Source of the DNA: Blastocystis sp. Blastoise
Taxonomy: Eukaryota; Protista; Bigyra: Opalinata
Reading direction: 5' to 3'
NCBI GenBank assembly: GCA_039096225.1
Contig: JBBPEB010000002.1
Span: 744,001 to 808,000, forward strand
Length of the DNA stretch: 64,000 nt
Shown: positions 1 through 20,958 of the stretch, in pieces
Layout: each line of letters opens with the position of its first letter
Position numbering within the stretch: the first letter of the stretch is position 1
Notes under the pieces: model-generated
Databases searched by the model: none
Told to the model about the DNA's origin: nothing
What the model saw: the letters and a program-made list of their open reading frames with translations, nothing else
Translations under genes and position numbers: made by a program

Positions 1-735
1 CTATTAGAATTCTAAATTTGAAGAAAACAACTTATTTGTAGTTGATAGATATCCTAGTTGGATTTTATTGTGTTTTGGAACACAAATAAGGAAATTAATT
101 TTTTGGGTAACTTAGTCAAAATTTTGAAAAAGTGAAAAATATCATAAAAAATGAAATTTTCAGAATCAAAATTTGAATGATAAATAAACCAAATATAGCT
201 CAATACAAGATGTTTGAGGTATAATAGAGCCTATAAGACCATCTAGAAGGTAATGAAAAATCGATTTTAGAGAGGACGTCTATGTGAAAATGTATATATA
301 AAAGTATATATATATTCCAAAACATAAATTGATTTCCTGATTCCATTAGAGTTCGAAATTTAAAAATTTCAATTGATTATATATATATAAATATAATATC
401 AACTATTAATTGTGTTTTGGGACACAATCATAAAATTTTGAATAAAATTAATAATTAATACTATATGTAAGGTATATATATAAAATCTAGTAAAATTGAA
501 GACTTCATTTAACATAAAGATAATTACATATAAATCGTAGATATTTTAATAGAATTGATAATAGAAGAATATAATGAAGAAATAAGAAGAAAATGATTGA
601 TTTTGAGTATATATAGAAGTATGAATTATTAAAATAATATAGAATGAATAGTAGAAAAAGAGAAGTTGAAAATAAAAGAAAGTAAATGAATAAAATATCA
701 ATAAAAGATAAATTAATATGATATATTAATTTAAA

Positions 736-746
736 TTATTGAGATA

Positions 747-805
<59 letters not shown>

Positions 806-1992
806 GAATCTCTTAAATGAGTAGAAATAGTATGACTATCAGGAAGAGATTTTAACCAGAATTTATATGACCAATCTAAGATAATATTATTTAATATAGA
901 AGCATAATAAGATACATTCTTCTTAGAAATATCTAATATCTTTCTAAGATTAGTTAAAGTATCTTTAGGAATAACTCCAGAAGAACCAAAGATTAAAGAA
1001 TAATTACTCACTCTATAACCATTATTATTCAATATTTCTATTACATTATCATAATCATGATCTTTCTTCTGTTTCATTGTTTGAAGAGGATCTATTTGAT
1101 TAGAAGATCCTTCATATGCTATACCTACATCTGCTATTATTATATCTTTGTTATTTGGATTTGTAGGAATAATTACTATATCAGGACGAAGATTATTCAT
1201 ATTTCTATTAAATATATCATTACCAAAGGAAGTTGATAATGATTTATCTATACTTATTCTATATTCTCCTAATTTATATTTTCTTATTAATTTCTTATAT
1301 AAGTTATTTAATATTTGATTATGTCTATTTGTAATTAAAACACCTATTCCATTATTATCTGTAATTCTATCACATGTAGTAAGAATATGATTCAAATTAT
1401 GAATAGCTCTCTTATTATGTTCTAAACAATAAGGACAAAGAGCTTCAGTATCATTAATCTTAGGAGATCTCTTCTTATTATATAAGAAAGATTGAGAACC
1501 AGTAAATGCTGTTCTCATTCTTATATTGATTAAAGCAGAATATTTCATAGGATGACATCTCTTACCATTAAATAACCATCTATTACTTTCTATATTATTA
1601 TCTAAATATTTATAATAATAAGTATTCTCATAATTATTTAATAATTGTTTTGAATGTTTCTTCTTCAACAAATTATTAATTTCTTTACATATCATTCTTC
1701 TTACTTTCTCATAAGGAATAGTAGTATTTAATTCAGGAATATCTTTATCTATTAATTTTATTTTAATACCTAAAGATATATCATTAGGATCTATATAAGC
1801 TATATTAACACCAAGTTTATAAGCAGCATCTACAGCTTTACGAAGATAAGGAAAGAAATTTGTTAATGATTCATAAGGAGTATCATGTATTATTATATTA
1901 CCATTTTCTATTCTTCCTTTTACTATTTTATGATTATCATTAATTAACCATTGAAAGAATAATAAATCATTCTTATGATTTTCAGGAATATT
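736..1992 (-). pseudogene. C-terminal CCHC zinc knuckle plus restriction-like endonuclease of the retrotransposon
   Basis: CPYC..HNLNHILTTC, RHNQI, LRPDIVII..IIIADVGIAY..K..Y. The frame of ORF 736..1695 stays open upstream to ~1992 (NIPENHKNDLLFFQW...), where one base is missing from an AAT run relative to the RT frame. Confidence 0.88.
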
Positions 1993-4382
1993 TTATTATT
2001 ATCATTATTATTATTATCTAAGTAATCAATAGGATTAGGTATCATAAATAAATCATTAGTTAATGAAGATTTATTAATAGTATATTGAAGAATATTTCTA
2101 ATTTGAGGATCATCAGAAACAGCCATTCTCGTAATTAAAGATATCTTTCCTATATAATATCTATCAATTAATTGCATAATACCTAAACCACCATTATTAA
2201 TAGGAGTACTAAAGAAGTGAGAAGGTAGATTAGTACCAGTTCCTAACCAATTCATTATATATTGTTTTATAGTAGTATCAATAAGAGTAATATCATTTTT
2301 ATTCATATCACCATTTCTAAATAAGAATTCTAAACAAGGTAAGATATATTGTTTTACTACATTAATTTTTTGACAAGGAGTTAATAAACTATTATTTAAA
2401 CAAGATAATCGTTCACTTACTTTCTTTATATTATCTACCCAAAATTCTCTTCTTTTTGTATATATATAAGAAATAGGACAACCAAGATATCTTACAGTCT
2501 CTTCTTCATTCATTATAGGAATTGATTCATTCTTATAAATAGGAGGAGTAATAGTATATTCTAATTTTCTATTTCTATCATCACTCATCTTCATTCCCAT
2601 ACATTTACATTTTGAAACACTCAATTTCATAGAATAATAATCTAATACTTCACCTACTCTTTCTAATAAAATATTATTATCATTAGTACAATTTGATAAT
2701 AATACTATATCATCAGCATAAGCATATGCATTTGATTCTAATATTATAGTATCATTATCTTTTATTTGTACTTTCATATTATTATTATTATTAATATATT
2801 TAAGAAGAGGATCTATAATAATATTAAATAATAGAGGAGAAAGAGGATCACCTTGACGAATACCTCTATGAAGATGAATAGAAGAAGTATATTGATGATT
2901 ATCATATCTAATTTTAGTAGAAGCATTATCATACCAACTCTTTATTATATTAATAATATTATTAGGAAAATTCATCATATGAAGAATATTTAATAATATC
3001 TTATGAGGAACAGTATCATAAGCTTTTTCTAAATCTAAGAAATTAATTAATAAATTAGAATTTCTTATTCTTTTTAATTTAAAATCAGCTATGATATTAC
3101 TAAGAATATAATTAAGATCTTCACAACCAGCTACATTAGGAGTAAATCCTTTTTGATAAGAAGATATAATATGATAAGAATTATTAATGTTATTAATATA
3201 ATCTACTATAAGAGAAGAAAATATTTTTGATTCTACATTTTGAAGACATAATGGTCTCCAATTATTTAAAGAAGATTTATCATCTTTTCCTTTATCTAAT
3301 AACCAAGTAATAGATTCATTCCAACTATTTAACGTAATTTCATTATATCTACATACTTCTAAGATATAAGTTAATAATAATCTAGCAGAAGTACTTCTTT
3401 TATAGATTTCATAAGGAATTCCATTAGCACCAGGAGTACTATTATTAGGAAGTTTCCTTAGAATTCTAGTAACATCTTTAAATTTAATAATATTGAAAGA
3501 AGAAGAATTTTCAGGTAGAGTAGAAATATTAGTAGATAACCATAGAGGAGGAGGAGTAGAAGTAGAATTAGTATTAGATTCATGAGAGGAATATAAATCA
3601 GAATATAATTGAGTAAGAGTATCAGGAGGAATAGTACAATGTTCTCCAGTATTATTATTCCATATTTGAGAACGAAGAGTAGATTTAGAATTAATTTCAA
3701 AATCTTTTCTTATTTTAGATGCTTCTCTATGATTCTTTATATTCTCTTTATTCTTTAATAAATCTTCAATCATTCTTTTTGAATTATCATAAAAATGATT
3801 TAATGAATTCTTACTATCATTCCATAAATCTATATTCATTATATTAATAGATTCATTAATATTTGATATATTTAGATTTTCTAATATTGTACCTAATATA
3901 GGTTCTTCTGTATTCATTTCATATATTTCTACTAATTTACCTATAAATATATTTATAGAAGATTGAATAGAAATAGAATTATTATTATTCATCGATATTT
4001 GAGAAGTAAATGTATTAATAGATTGAATACATTCATTAAGAAGTTTAGATACTTTCTTATAATATTGAATTTCTGAATTTATTAATTCTTCATTCAATTC
4101 ATTCTCATCATTTATATTATAATTAAATCTATTATTATTATTATTTGAATGATAATTATTATTTCTATTTCTATTATATCTATTATTATTATGAGTATTA
4201 TTATTAGAATGAGTATTAGAATTATTATTAGAATTATTATTAGAATTATTAATATTAGATTCTCTTTCTGATTGAGTATCATTATTAGAAGAATTAGAAT
4301 TAGAAGAATTAATTTGATTAGAATTATTATTAGTATTATTAGTATTCTCAGATTCAGTTTCAATTTCCATTTCATTATTCAT
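1944..4382 (-). CDS. Reverse transcriptase domain (non-LTR type)
   Basis: STPGANGIPY, NWRPLCL, QKGF, FLDLEKAYDTVPH, GIRQGDPLSPLLFNI, AYADDIVL, RYLG, GGLG motifs. Confidence 0.95.
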   Translation of the reverse strand: MNNEMEIETESENTNNTNNNSNQINSSNSNSSNNDTQSERESNINNSNNNSNNNSNTHSNNNTHNNNRYNRNRNNNYHSNNNNNRFNYNINDENELNEELINSEIQYYKKVSKLLNECIQSINTFTSQISMNNNNSISIQSSINIFIGKLVEIYEMNTEEPILGTILENLNISNINESINIMNIDLWNDSKNSLNHFYDNSKRMIEDLLKNKENIKNHREASKIRKDFEINSKSTLRSQIWNNNTGEHCTIPPDTLTQLYSDLYSSHESNTNSTSTPPPLWLSTNISTLPENSSSFNIIKFKDVTRILRKLPNNSTPGANGIPYEIYKRSTSARLLLTYILEVCRYNEITLNSWNESITWLLDKGKDDKSSLNNWRPLCLQNVESKIFSSLIVDYINNINNSYHIISSYQKGFTPNVAGCEDLNYILSNIIADFKLKRIRNSNLLINFLDLEKAYDTVPHKILLNILHMMNFPNNIINIIKSWYDNASTKIRYDNHQYTSSIHLHRGIRQGDPLSPLLFNIIIDPLLKYINNNNNMKVQIKDNDTIILESNAYAYADDIVLLSNCTNDNNILLERVGEVLDYYSMKLSVSKCKCMGMKMSDDRNRKLEYTITPPIYKNESIPIMNEEETVRYLGCPISYIYTKRREFWVDNIKKVSERLSCLNNSLLTPCQKINVVKQYILPCLEFLFRNGDMNKNDITLIDTTIKQYIMNWLGTGTNLPSHFFSTPINNGGLGIMQLIDRYYIGKISLITRMAVSDDPQIRNILQYTINKSSLTNDLFMIPNPIDYLDNNNNDNNKIFLKIIRMIYYSFNG

Positions 4383-4435
4383 TCTTCTTTCATTTCTATT
4401 TGTATTTAATGTTTCTAGTATTTCTATTATTCATA

Positions 4436-8929
<4,494 letters not shown>

Positions 8930-8961
8930 AGAATCTAAAAAAATAAACAAAAATAAAATTA

Positions 8962-9034
8962 CGCCTTGACCCGGGATCGAACCAGGGACCTTATGATCTT
9001 CAGTCATACGCTCTCCCGACTGAGCTATCGAGGC
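8962..9034 (-). tRNA. tRNA-Phe (GAA)
   Basis: GCCTCGATAGCTCAGTCGGGAGAGCGTATGA-CTGAAGA-TCATAAGGTCCCTGGTTCGATCCCGGGTCAAGGCG. Cloverleaf with A/B boxes, followed by oligo-T Pol III terminator runs. Confidence 0.95.
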
Positions 9035-9449
9035 TTATATTCTTTTTTATCTTATTTACATATACTATTAACTTATATCACTTCTATTTGTTAATTTATT
9101 TCTCTTTTCTTATTCACTTATCACTTATTAAATATAATATATTATTATTTTATATAAATATATCAATTTTCTATTAAAAAATAAAAATAGCTGCACTAAT
9201 ACACGTTTTCACTGGATTAATAATTTTCATTAATGAGTAGTCTTTATTTTTTTTAGTCAGACCTTTTTAAATACAAAAAATAAAATTTCAAAAAAAAAAA
9301 ATGGTTTTGTGTCTGATATGTTTTGGGGTTTTTATTTGTTCATTACTTTTTAAAACATCATTTTCTCATTTATTTAATCCTTATTTTAATGATAATTAAA
9401 ATCTTGTATATAAAGAAAGATTGATAGCACACAAATTGAACTGATATAA

Positions 9450-10033
9450 ATGGACCGATTACTTTTTTGTGTTACGTATCTATGTTACACTGATAACATA
9501 TTAAGATACTACATGAAAAATGTATTCTGACGCGCTTTTAAAATTTTCAAAAATTCCACGTCTAAGGGCCTAAAACGGTCAGACAAAAAAAAATTTAACG
9601 GAAATGCCCCAAATAATTGGTGAAAATTCAAAATTTGAATTTTTATCCAATAAACATATTTCGTACATAAAATTTCTATCTCTTTTTCATTTTCTCAGAA
9701 ATTCCTTCATTTTTTACATTTTTCTACTTAAAAATTTCTTTTTATATTTTTTCATTAAATAATTTTTATAATTTTTTTTGACTTTTATTTTTCTTTATGA
9801 TGTACTTTATATTTGTTATTAATTATTAATATATTTTATTTTAAATACATAACATTTTTCGTCACATGTATAAACTACTTTTTAAACTTTAAAAAGACAA
9901 TTAGACAAGAATTCTTTTACGAAGTGACTTTAATTGATTAAAATTAACTTATATACGTAAAATAACCTAAATAATGATAATTCATGATACTATTAAAAAA
10001 TTTCATCCACAGAGTTTTGAGATATCGGACATA
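9450..10033 (+). repeat. Dispersed repeat, copy 1 (diverged direct repeat of ~14886-15549)
   Basis: Shared blocks TTTCAAAAATTCCA..TCTAAGG, TAAAATAACCTAAATAATGATAAT, TCCACAGAGT.TTGAGATATCGGACA. Confidence 0.7.
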
Positions 10034-10404
10034 CACTAATAGGCATTTTTACGGGACTAATAAAACGACTAACGAGAAATTAGGTGTTGAAATAAATTCA
10101 GTTGTATTCAGAAAAAATACTGAAAATTAAATCAGTGAAATTAAGATTATTTACAGAAAACGAAAAGAACTTCCAGTTTATATTATATATTAATTACGAT
10201 ATTTTAAAATGTTTTTTTTTAATACTTAAATTAATAATAAAAATTCAATAACAAAACAACATAGACTAATTTCATTATTATTTACAACTTCAATAGCAAC
10301 AATTTAAAAAGGGAAAAAAAAGAAAAAATGAATGAATTGCAAATATGTTCTTTATATTTTAATTGAGATATATATTACTAAAAATATGTAGCAGAAACAT
10401 CATA

Positions 10405-10860
10405 AAAAATACCTAGAAATTATTGAAGATAGTTATTCCATTAAAAGCTTATAATGGAGAAAAAAATAATTAAAACTAATATATACCTTATAAATAATTG
10501 ATAACTATTTCTATATAAATATAATTATATAATATAAATAATAATTTTAAAAATACCCAGAAATAATTTAGAATTCGATTTCATATGAAACCTATAAAAT
10601 AATTAGAAATGAACTAATATTTATATATACCTTATTAAATAATGGAATACTATCTATATAAATATATAATATAATAAAAAAATAAATAGAAATAACGTAG
10701 AATTCGATTTCATATAAAACCTATAAAATATTTAGAAATGAATTGATATTTATATATACTCTATAAAATAATGGATACTATCTATATAAATATAAATAAT
10801 ATGATAGTTAGAAAAAAATACCTAGAACCGATTAAAAATCTAGTATCATTCATCTATATA
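10405..10860. repeat. Subterminal tandem repeats (about 130-140 bp, 3-4 diverged copies)
   Basis: Recurring TAGAATTCGATTTCATA..AAACCTATAAAATA..TAGAAATGAA..TACTATCTATATAAATATA. Confidence 0.65.
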
Positions 10861-11074
10861 ATGATAATTTAGTAATTCATTAAATAAAAAAATAAAAGAA
10901 AACATTTTTATAAATATTGATATAAGATCATAATAAAAAATAAGGAAACAAAAAATATATATATTATTGGTTAAAAAACAATAAAAATAAGAAACAAAAA
11001 ATATATCAATAAAGAAGAAACAAAATAAAATGATTAACCAATAAAAAGAAGATTATTATAGGAGATTATTGTTT

Positions 11075-11944
11075 CTAAGTTCGTCATATATATTTTGTAA
11101 ACACAAAATAAGTTTTTGATTGGTTTTGTATAAATATGAATCTTGTTTTAGTATTTCATTTTTATAATTCCATTGGTGTGTCTATATATATTGTCGTATC
11201 AAAAGAGGTTTTATTTAATATAGAATAATATATATATATATATATATATATACAAATATATCATTTTTGTTTTTGCAATGATAAACTGAAAAATCATCAC
11301 CAGATTCAAGAAGATTAAATCCAAAGTAAGAATGAAGACTACAATTATTCATTTTATCAACCAGACACCTACTAACATCTTTAATTATTTGCTTATCAGT
11401 AATAAAAGAAAATGCTTTATTTTTTGATAAATATGTTCTAATAATTTTTAAAATCACGACGAATAATTCATTATTGCTATCTAGCTCATTTTTCCATTCA
11501 TTGTGAATATACAATGATTGAGCCTTTTCTTTTAATGATTGAGGTATAATAAAAGGGATGTATTTCATACATTTCTATATAGAAATATTATAAGAATAAT
11601 ATATTTTAAAATATAACAAATATTAATACTTTAATAATACCACTTGTTGTTTTAATTGTTGGAACATGTATCCTATATCGTAGAGCAATAGATCGCAAAA
11701 CATTTTCTAGATCTTGTGTTAAGTATTTGCAAGGTATAGTTCCTAAGAAAGATAACGACATACAATAATGATATATATATATACGTGAATTATTTGAGGT
11801 AATCAAGCTTTTGTAAAACTGCTGCATTGCAATGTTCATATGGACTTTAAATCTTTTTATATTATTCTTCTCAGTTTCTGTGAGCGTTCTTTTTCTTTAT
11901 TATAACAGAATAACTACAATATATATATACTTAATTTTAACCAT
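11075..11944 (-). pseudogene. CACTA accessory gene (multi-exon), homolog of 39599..40360
   Basis: ORFs 11606..11839 and 11215..11568 share YIPF and YFGF blocks and head-to-head position with the gene at 39599. The 3' exon looks degenerate. Confidence 0.6.
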
Positions 11945-11999
11945 TTTCCAGAAAAATAGAATAAAATATTTTTTAAACCATATTTTTTTTAAGATTAAA

Positions 12000-14870
12000 A
12001 TGAGTTCTGAACAGACTAACAATAATGGATTCAAATCAAAACGTTTGCGTATTTTTAATAATACTACCAGTAATATAATTTTCAGATATATTTGAGAACA
12101 ATGATGCAAATGATTTGAACATACAAATATCACAGGAAGAATTAATGAATTCATTTAACGTACCTGATAGTGATAGAATCGAAATTAATAGCGAAACTAG
12201 CATTATTGATCAATTAATGAAAAGTATAAAAGATAAAGTATATATTGTATATAAGCAATCTTTTCAATTAACAGGACTATTGTCAATGATTTATCAATAG
12301 GAGATTTCAAGGCATAATGATAATAATGATGATATGACAATACAGAAGATAATATACGCCTGCTGGTGTTCTTTGAGAATTAGTAAAGAGAAAATAAAAA
12401 ATCTATATCAACTCGTTAGTGATATAATAAGCTTCATTGCTCCAAATCATGAAAAAATAAAGATTCCAGCAAGAGGACAAGATGTAATAAGAAAATTTTG
12501 CAATTCAGTTCCAGAAAAGCCTCAATCAAGAAATATATATCTATGTAGTGAATGTAATAATATTATTCAATATAATTCTGGAAGGAGACTTCTTAATGAA
12601 GATAGTTTATCTTGCTCAACAAGTAGCTGTAATGGAGAAGGTATATCATAACTATATATAACTATAATATAAGTATAGATAATAGAATAATATATAATAA
12701 TATGTAATATATAATATGCGTATAGATAATAGAATAATATATAATATAATATATATAATATAATAATATATAATATAATATATATAATATAATAATATAT
12801 AATATATAATATATAATAATATAATATATATAATAATATAAAATATATAATAATATAATATATATAATAATATAATATATATAATAATATACTATATATA
12901 ATATATAATAATATAGTAACTAAAATAACGTTTCTACCACTAATCTCAAGAATAAAATATCTTCTATCTTCTAAAGAATTAATAGAAGATATTAGTTATT
13001 ATACAAAACAAGAAATAGTAGCAATTCTTGGTAATAATTTTAATTCTTCAGTGGATGTTCCAGCCTATATGAAAGGTAATAACTTTAAGCGTTCTATCTC
13101 GGAAGTATTTCAAAAAGGAGATATTTTTCTTACCTTCAATATTACATGTGATGGTGTATCCATGGTTGATAATGGTGTAGCAGATATAAATAAAACATCG
13201 TTTCCCGTTCTAGTTCAACTTCTTAATTACAATAAAAATAGAAACTTAGATAAACGCGTATTCTGGTCATATTCAGTTGTAAATGAAAACCAGTGGAAGT
13301 CTATTTTAAAAGTTCTAGTAGAGGAATTTAAGGAGCTTCAAAAAGGTGTTATAATGGATATATGGATACAGGATCATTACGAGAGACAACGTGTAGTATG
13401 TATCTTAAATAATGTATATGGTGACTGTGCAGCCATTTCTATGATTGGCTGTTTCACAGGTTCATCATCATGTTTCCCATGTAGGCATTGTGAGATGGAA
13501 TGGGATAGAAGTAACATGAAATTCCATGAAGGAATCAAGTGTTCATTTATACATATAAAAAAGTATATCAGGTTTAGTAAATCTATAGAAACAATAGAAA
13601 CTATTCATTTTCCTATTATTAGTTCACTAGATACTTCTATTCTAGAAAAAGAAGAGCATATGCAATTATATTCATTAACAGCCAGTAGCAATATAATAAT
13701 AGAAAATTTAGGTTCACAATATATATATAAGGATTCACTAAAGCAGCAATACTATATTCCACGTTCTAAGAATTCGATTCAGCAATGTAGGCAACTATGT
13801 AAAGATGGTGAATCATCTTTTGGTGTCAAACATGATTCTAATCCATTTGAAGAAATATCTTATGTTGACTCATCTACTCTCTTTTCTATTGATACCATGC
13901 ATTTATATAATAATATTGTAACGCTTCTTATGAACCTCCTTTTCAGTTATAATTCAAATGACTATATTAATAAATTGAATAAGAATAGTATTCCAAATCC
14001 TGAAAAAGTAATTAAAACATTTGCATTAAACGAAGATAATATCATTATTTTAGAAACTAGAATAAAGAGTATTAATACCCTATATAATAACTATGAGAGT
14101 GAATTCAGATATATCCTTAATGAGCAGAAATACAGATGCATGAGTTCTCATTCCAGAATCTACTTCTTCTCCTATATTCTTCCAATGTTAGTAGTTGATT
14201 TTGGTGTAAAGGATTCACCAATCATATTGTTAATAGAGCCTCCAGCTACCATAATAAGACAGGCTGATAAATATGAAGGTTCTAAACGTTCAGATATAAT
14301 TAACATCCTTAAAGATCAGTGCTATCTATTTTCATTTCTATGTGAGGTAATATTACCAAAAGAACTAATCAATACTCAAATACATCTTATTCAGCATTTA
14401 TATTTTAGTATAAAAAACTGTGGTTCAACATATTATGGATGTACTTATAAATCAGAGAGATATTATTCATTTCTAAAGCGAGTAACACACGGAAGAAAAA
14501 AAAATCAACGATTCATGTATTATATCGATTATAGAACAGGAAATATATAACTTAATGCCATCATCTAATAACGTAGTTACAATTAATGACATGGAGAATA
14601 ATAGTGATGATAATAATGAAGAACATGAAGAGGAGGAACTAGGTAATAATAATACTATTATTGAGTTTGATATTCTAAAATTTCAGAATTCTTCAATAAG
14701 AACAGTAAGAGGATTAAGAGGAACGATGAATAGTAGACTTTCAATAAAGGATAAAGAAGAATTAATAAATCAATTACTATCATCATGCTCAACATGTATA
14801 TCTAATTAATTATTTAAAGAATTAGAAGGAGTGTCTTTCTTATATATAAAGGCAATAGAAGTTGGACATT
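12000..14870 (+). pseudogene. CACTA/EnSpm-Mirage-like (CMC) DDE transposase, disrupted
   Basis: ITCDGVS, YGDCAA..FTG..FPCRHC, IDTMH, IHLIQH, TYKSERYYSFLKR motifs and an N-terminal CxxC..CxxxxC. Stop at ~12093, frameshift in an A-run near 14500, 3' truncation. Confidence 0.8.
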
Positions 14871-14885
14871 TGTGTCTCAAGTTCA

Positions 14886-15549
14886 CGGACCGTTTATTCT
14901 ATGATGGTTAAGACTATGATAATATCCTTTTAGTATGTTATAGATTATGTTCCAAATTTTATTTTAGTTTTTTTAATTTTTCAAAAATTCCATATCTAAG
15001 GCCTCAAAATAGTCCGAGAAGTTTTGCCGACCGTTAGCAAGTTGGCCGTCCTATGAAATCGATTAAAAATTTTTGAAAACTCATTCTAATTGGATGAAAA
15101 GAACACAAATATCTTTGTCTATTTTCGCGCCAAAAATTTATTGACATGGTCAAAGTTTATACTTCTAATCATTTTGTCTTCATTTTTTCAAAAAAATTTC
15201 AATTACATTTCTTTTTCTTTTGCAAAACTTTATTTTGTAAATTTGTTATCCATTTTTTTTTTATCTTTTATTTTAAAAATTTCTTTTTCTTTTTTAATTT
15301 CTTCTTTTTATATATTTTATTTATTTTTTTATATTTATTATTTATAAATTTATTTTATAATTTATAACATTTTTCGCCACACATAAAAACAACTTTTAAA
15401 ATATAAGAAACAATTTAGACAAATAATCAGTTATCAAAGTGACTTAATAGACTTAACTTTAACCTATATACATAAAATAACCTAAATAATGATAATGTAT
15501 GAAACTGTTAAAAAAATTGATCCACAGAGTGTTGAGATATCGGACACAT
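14886..15549 (+). repeat. Dispersed repeat, copy 2
   Basis: See 9450..10033. Confidence 0.7.
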
Positions 15550-16024
15550 TCTCTTTTGAACCTTTTAAATTTTAATGAAAACTATCTGGATCATCATGGT
15601 AACTCATGAAACCATCCTAAAAGTAAATTAAAACCTGTTTTTGACATGTTGAAAAATTAATAAAAAACTTCAATTGCGTGTTCTGTCAACATTTTTTATT
15701 TTATTAAATTTTAAACGTTATAGGGTTTATTTTATCAGTTTATATTTACAAATTATTTGAACACATTTTTAAAATAAAAAAGGTCGAAGAGATATCGAAA
15801 TCATTTTACTCTTAATAAAATATATTTGGACTTAATATTTGATATTTAAACAAAAATCGCCACTCATTGAACCCACCAGGTTTCTTTAAAGACAAGAATG
15901 AGTCGATATCTTTTTGGCTGACCCTCATAAAATCAAAATTTGACTACATTTATGAATACAGTGACCTATATTATACACAAATCTGTCATTATTGCATATT
16001 TATGACAACAAAGTTGGTGTATCG

Positions 16025-16900
16025 CACTGGTAGGCACTTTTGAGTTTTTGAAGGTTTTTGATTGGCTAATTTTCGTTCAGAACTTATTCAGCCAATAAAA
16101 TTTGAATAAAAAAAAGACTTAGGCAAAAAAATGAAAATTTTCACAAAAATTTTAAGACGACTTTTTATTAGACTTTAAAAACCCTATTAGACATATTTTA
16201 ATAAAGAATTGACAATATTTTCTTGTTTTATAAGGTCACACAATATCAAAAACGTTTTTCTTTATTTTAAAGTCGCAATTCTGGCAAATAATGGGGTCAA
16301 TATTTTAAAACCTTTTGTTGCTCTGTTTAAAGTTTAGATCCTCTTAGAGTCACAAGAATGTGTAAAAGTGAATAAAAAGACCTCTATGGGTCAAAACCAA
16401 AATTCAGCCAAAAAGTCAAAATTTTGTATTTTTTCTACACTGAAAAAATGAGACGAGCCTTTTTGTCTGGCAGACAGTTAGACCAGATTTTTTGAATTGT
16501 ATTTTATTTACGGGAAAAATTTTGTTGTTCAAATCTGAGTGTATTTATATTTGAGAGCATATCACAGGAGACATGACTTCTAGGATTGTTTTTTTAGTTT
16601 ATTTTATTATGGTAAAAAGGAATCCAACAGAAAAGTTTGTTTGAATTTTAAAATAGACCATCCTTTTCCAGAATCAAATAAGACTCCTTCAAATCAAACT
16701 ATTTAGACATTATTTTACAACCAAGCAGTTGTATTAGTCATAAACAATAGTCTTTTAAAAGTTTTGCATACTGATTAAGAATATAGAGAAAATTAACTTT
16801 TTATTTTTATGCTACAACTCTTGGGATACAATAATAAAGCATCAAACAAATAATTTAAAACTACTTACTCATAAAAATAATTTACAAATCGAAAATTAAA
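16025..16900 (+). repeat. CACTG end / long subterminal region; inverted copy at ~38050-38944, diverged copy at 56776-57314
   Basis: Several hundred bp of clear similarity, e.g. GACTTAGGCAAAA, ACCCTATTAGACA, AAAACGTTTTT, ACACTGAAAAA. Confidence 0.85.
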
Positions 16901-18017
16901 TGAAAAATAAAATTTACGAAGAAAAGTCTTCGTTTCCGAAAATTCTTCGTGTTAAAGCGAAGAATTAAATATTATTCAAAAATATGTCTTTATATTTTAT
17001 TTGTCATAAAGATTTTCCTCTAGAATATATTGTGCTTTAGGCATGTATGTTTAAAATAGATATGCTATATATAATTCTCTTTGATGTTTATAATTAACAT
17101 ATTTCTATATAGATTCTTCAATTATCTGACAGAACTTATCGTTTTGATTATTTTCTTAGGTCCTAAGATACTGTGAATGTATTGAATGGATTTGTTGTTT
17201 ATTATTATCACAAGGTAATTAGCATTTATTTATATTTTATTTTATAATAGGTTTTTTGCTTCTTCTCTATGTGGATTACTCTAAGAGATGCCTTGGAATC
17301 GTTGTTATTTGTATATATCTAAATTATTTGAATTTTATGCATTAGCACATTTTCTTTTTAGTTCATATTAATATTTATCATTTGATTTTGTCACTTTGTT
17401 TCATTTATAAAATGAAATTCTAACGTATTTATTTATATATAGAATTTTTGCCAAGGTGATTACCATTCATAATGTCCGTAGTTTCTTCTACAATCATTTA
17501 ATATGAATTATCAACACGCTTTATATTGTTTTGTATATTATTATTATATTTATTATTATATTTATTATTATGTTTATTATTATATTTATTATTATATTTA
17601 TTATTATGTTTATTATTATGTTTATTATTATATTTATTATTATGTTTATTATTATGTTTATTATTATATAGTTACAAGTGTATTCTAATACAGAATTATT
17701 AGTAGAATTATCATGTACATATATATTTTATAATACTTTAACAAATGTTACTCTAGGTAAATATTGTAATATCAAACATTCTACAACGAATAATACTACT
17801 ATATCTTCACCTACTAATGAATCTATGATTAACAAAGCAAAATTACTATTCAAACAAGAAAACACGGTAAATCATGAAGAACCTACTGCAAAAACACATA
17901 TTTCCACGGCTATTCATGAGTTAGATCAAGATCCAGTATTACCTACTGATTTATATATAATATCACTTCCTACATACCCTTGTGATCTTAATGTTGACAA
18001 ACTACAAAAGATGTATA

Positions 18018-18071
<54 letters not shown>

Positions 18072-18072
18072 G

Positions 18073-20636
<2,564 letters not shown>

Positions 20637-20640
20637 TATA

Positions 20641-20696
<56 letters not shown>

Positions 20697-20958
20697 TAAA
20701 ATTATTATATATATATAGATACCTTCTTAACTCCTTCTCATGCTTATTTATTACCTCGTATTCCTTTTATTCTTCCTTCTTATTCATTCCTTAATATATA
20801 TACACATAAATATAAATATACACATCAAACATTAGAATTATTTTTAAATATAAAGGAATATATAGCTCTATAGTCATGTACTTACATATGTATGCTATAT
20901 ATATTATTATTATATTTATTATTATTACGTTTATATTATTAATTATCATTATATATAG

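Larger units (their letters stand above)
10034..14870 (+). mobile_element. Truncated CACTA (CMC) DNA transposon
   Basis: Starts CACTAATAGGCATTTTTACGG, similar to the ends at 31039 and 41582. Then subterminal repeats, a divergent accessory gene and the transposase. The second end is not seen. Confidence 0.75.

Noticed and set aside
8930-9007. N-terminal 26 aa of the 1523-aa ORF (MTEDHKVPGSIPGQG...)
   Set aside because: It is a translation of the tRNA-Phe gene and its terminator, not a real start.
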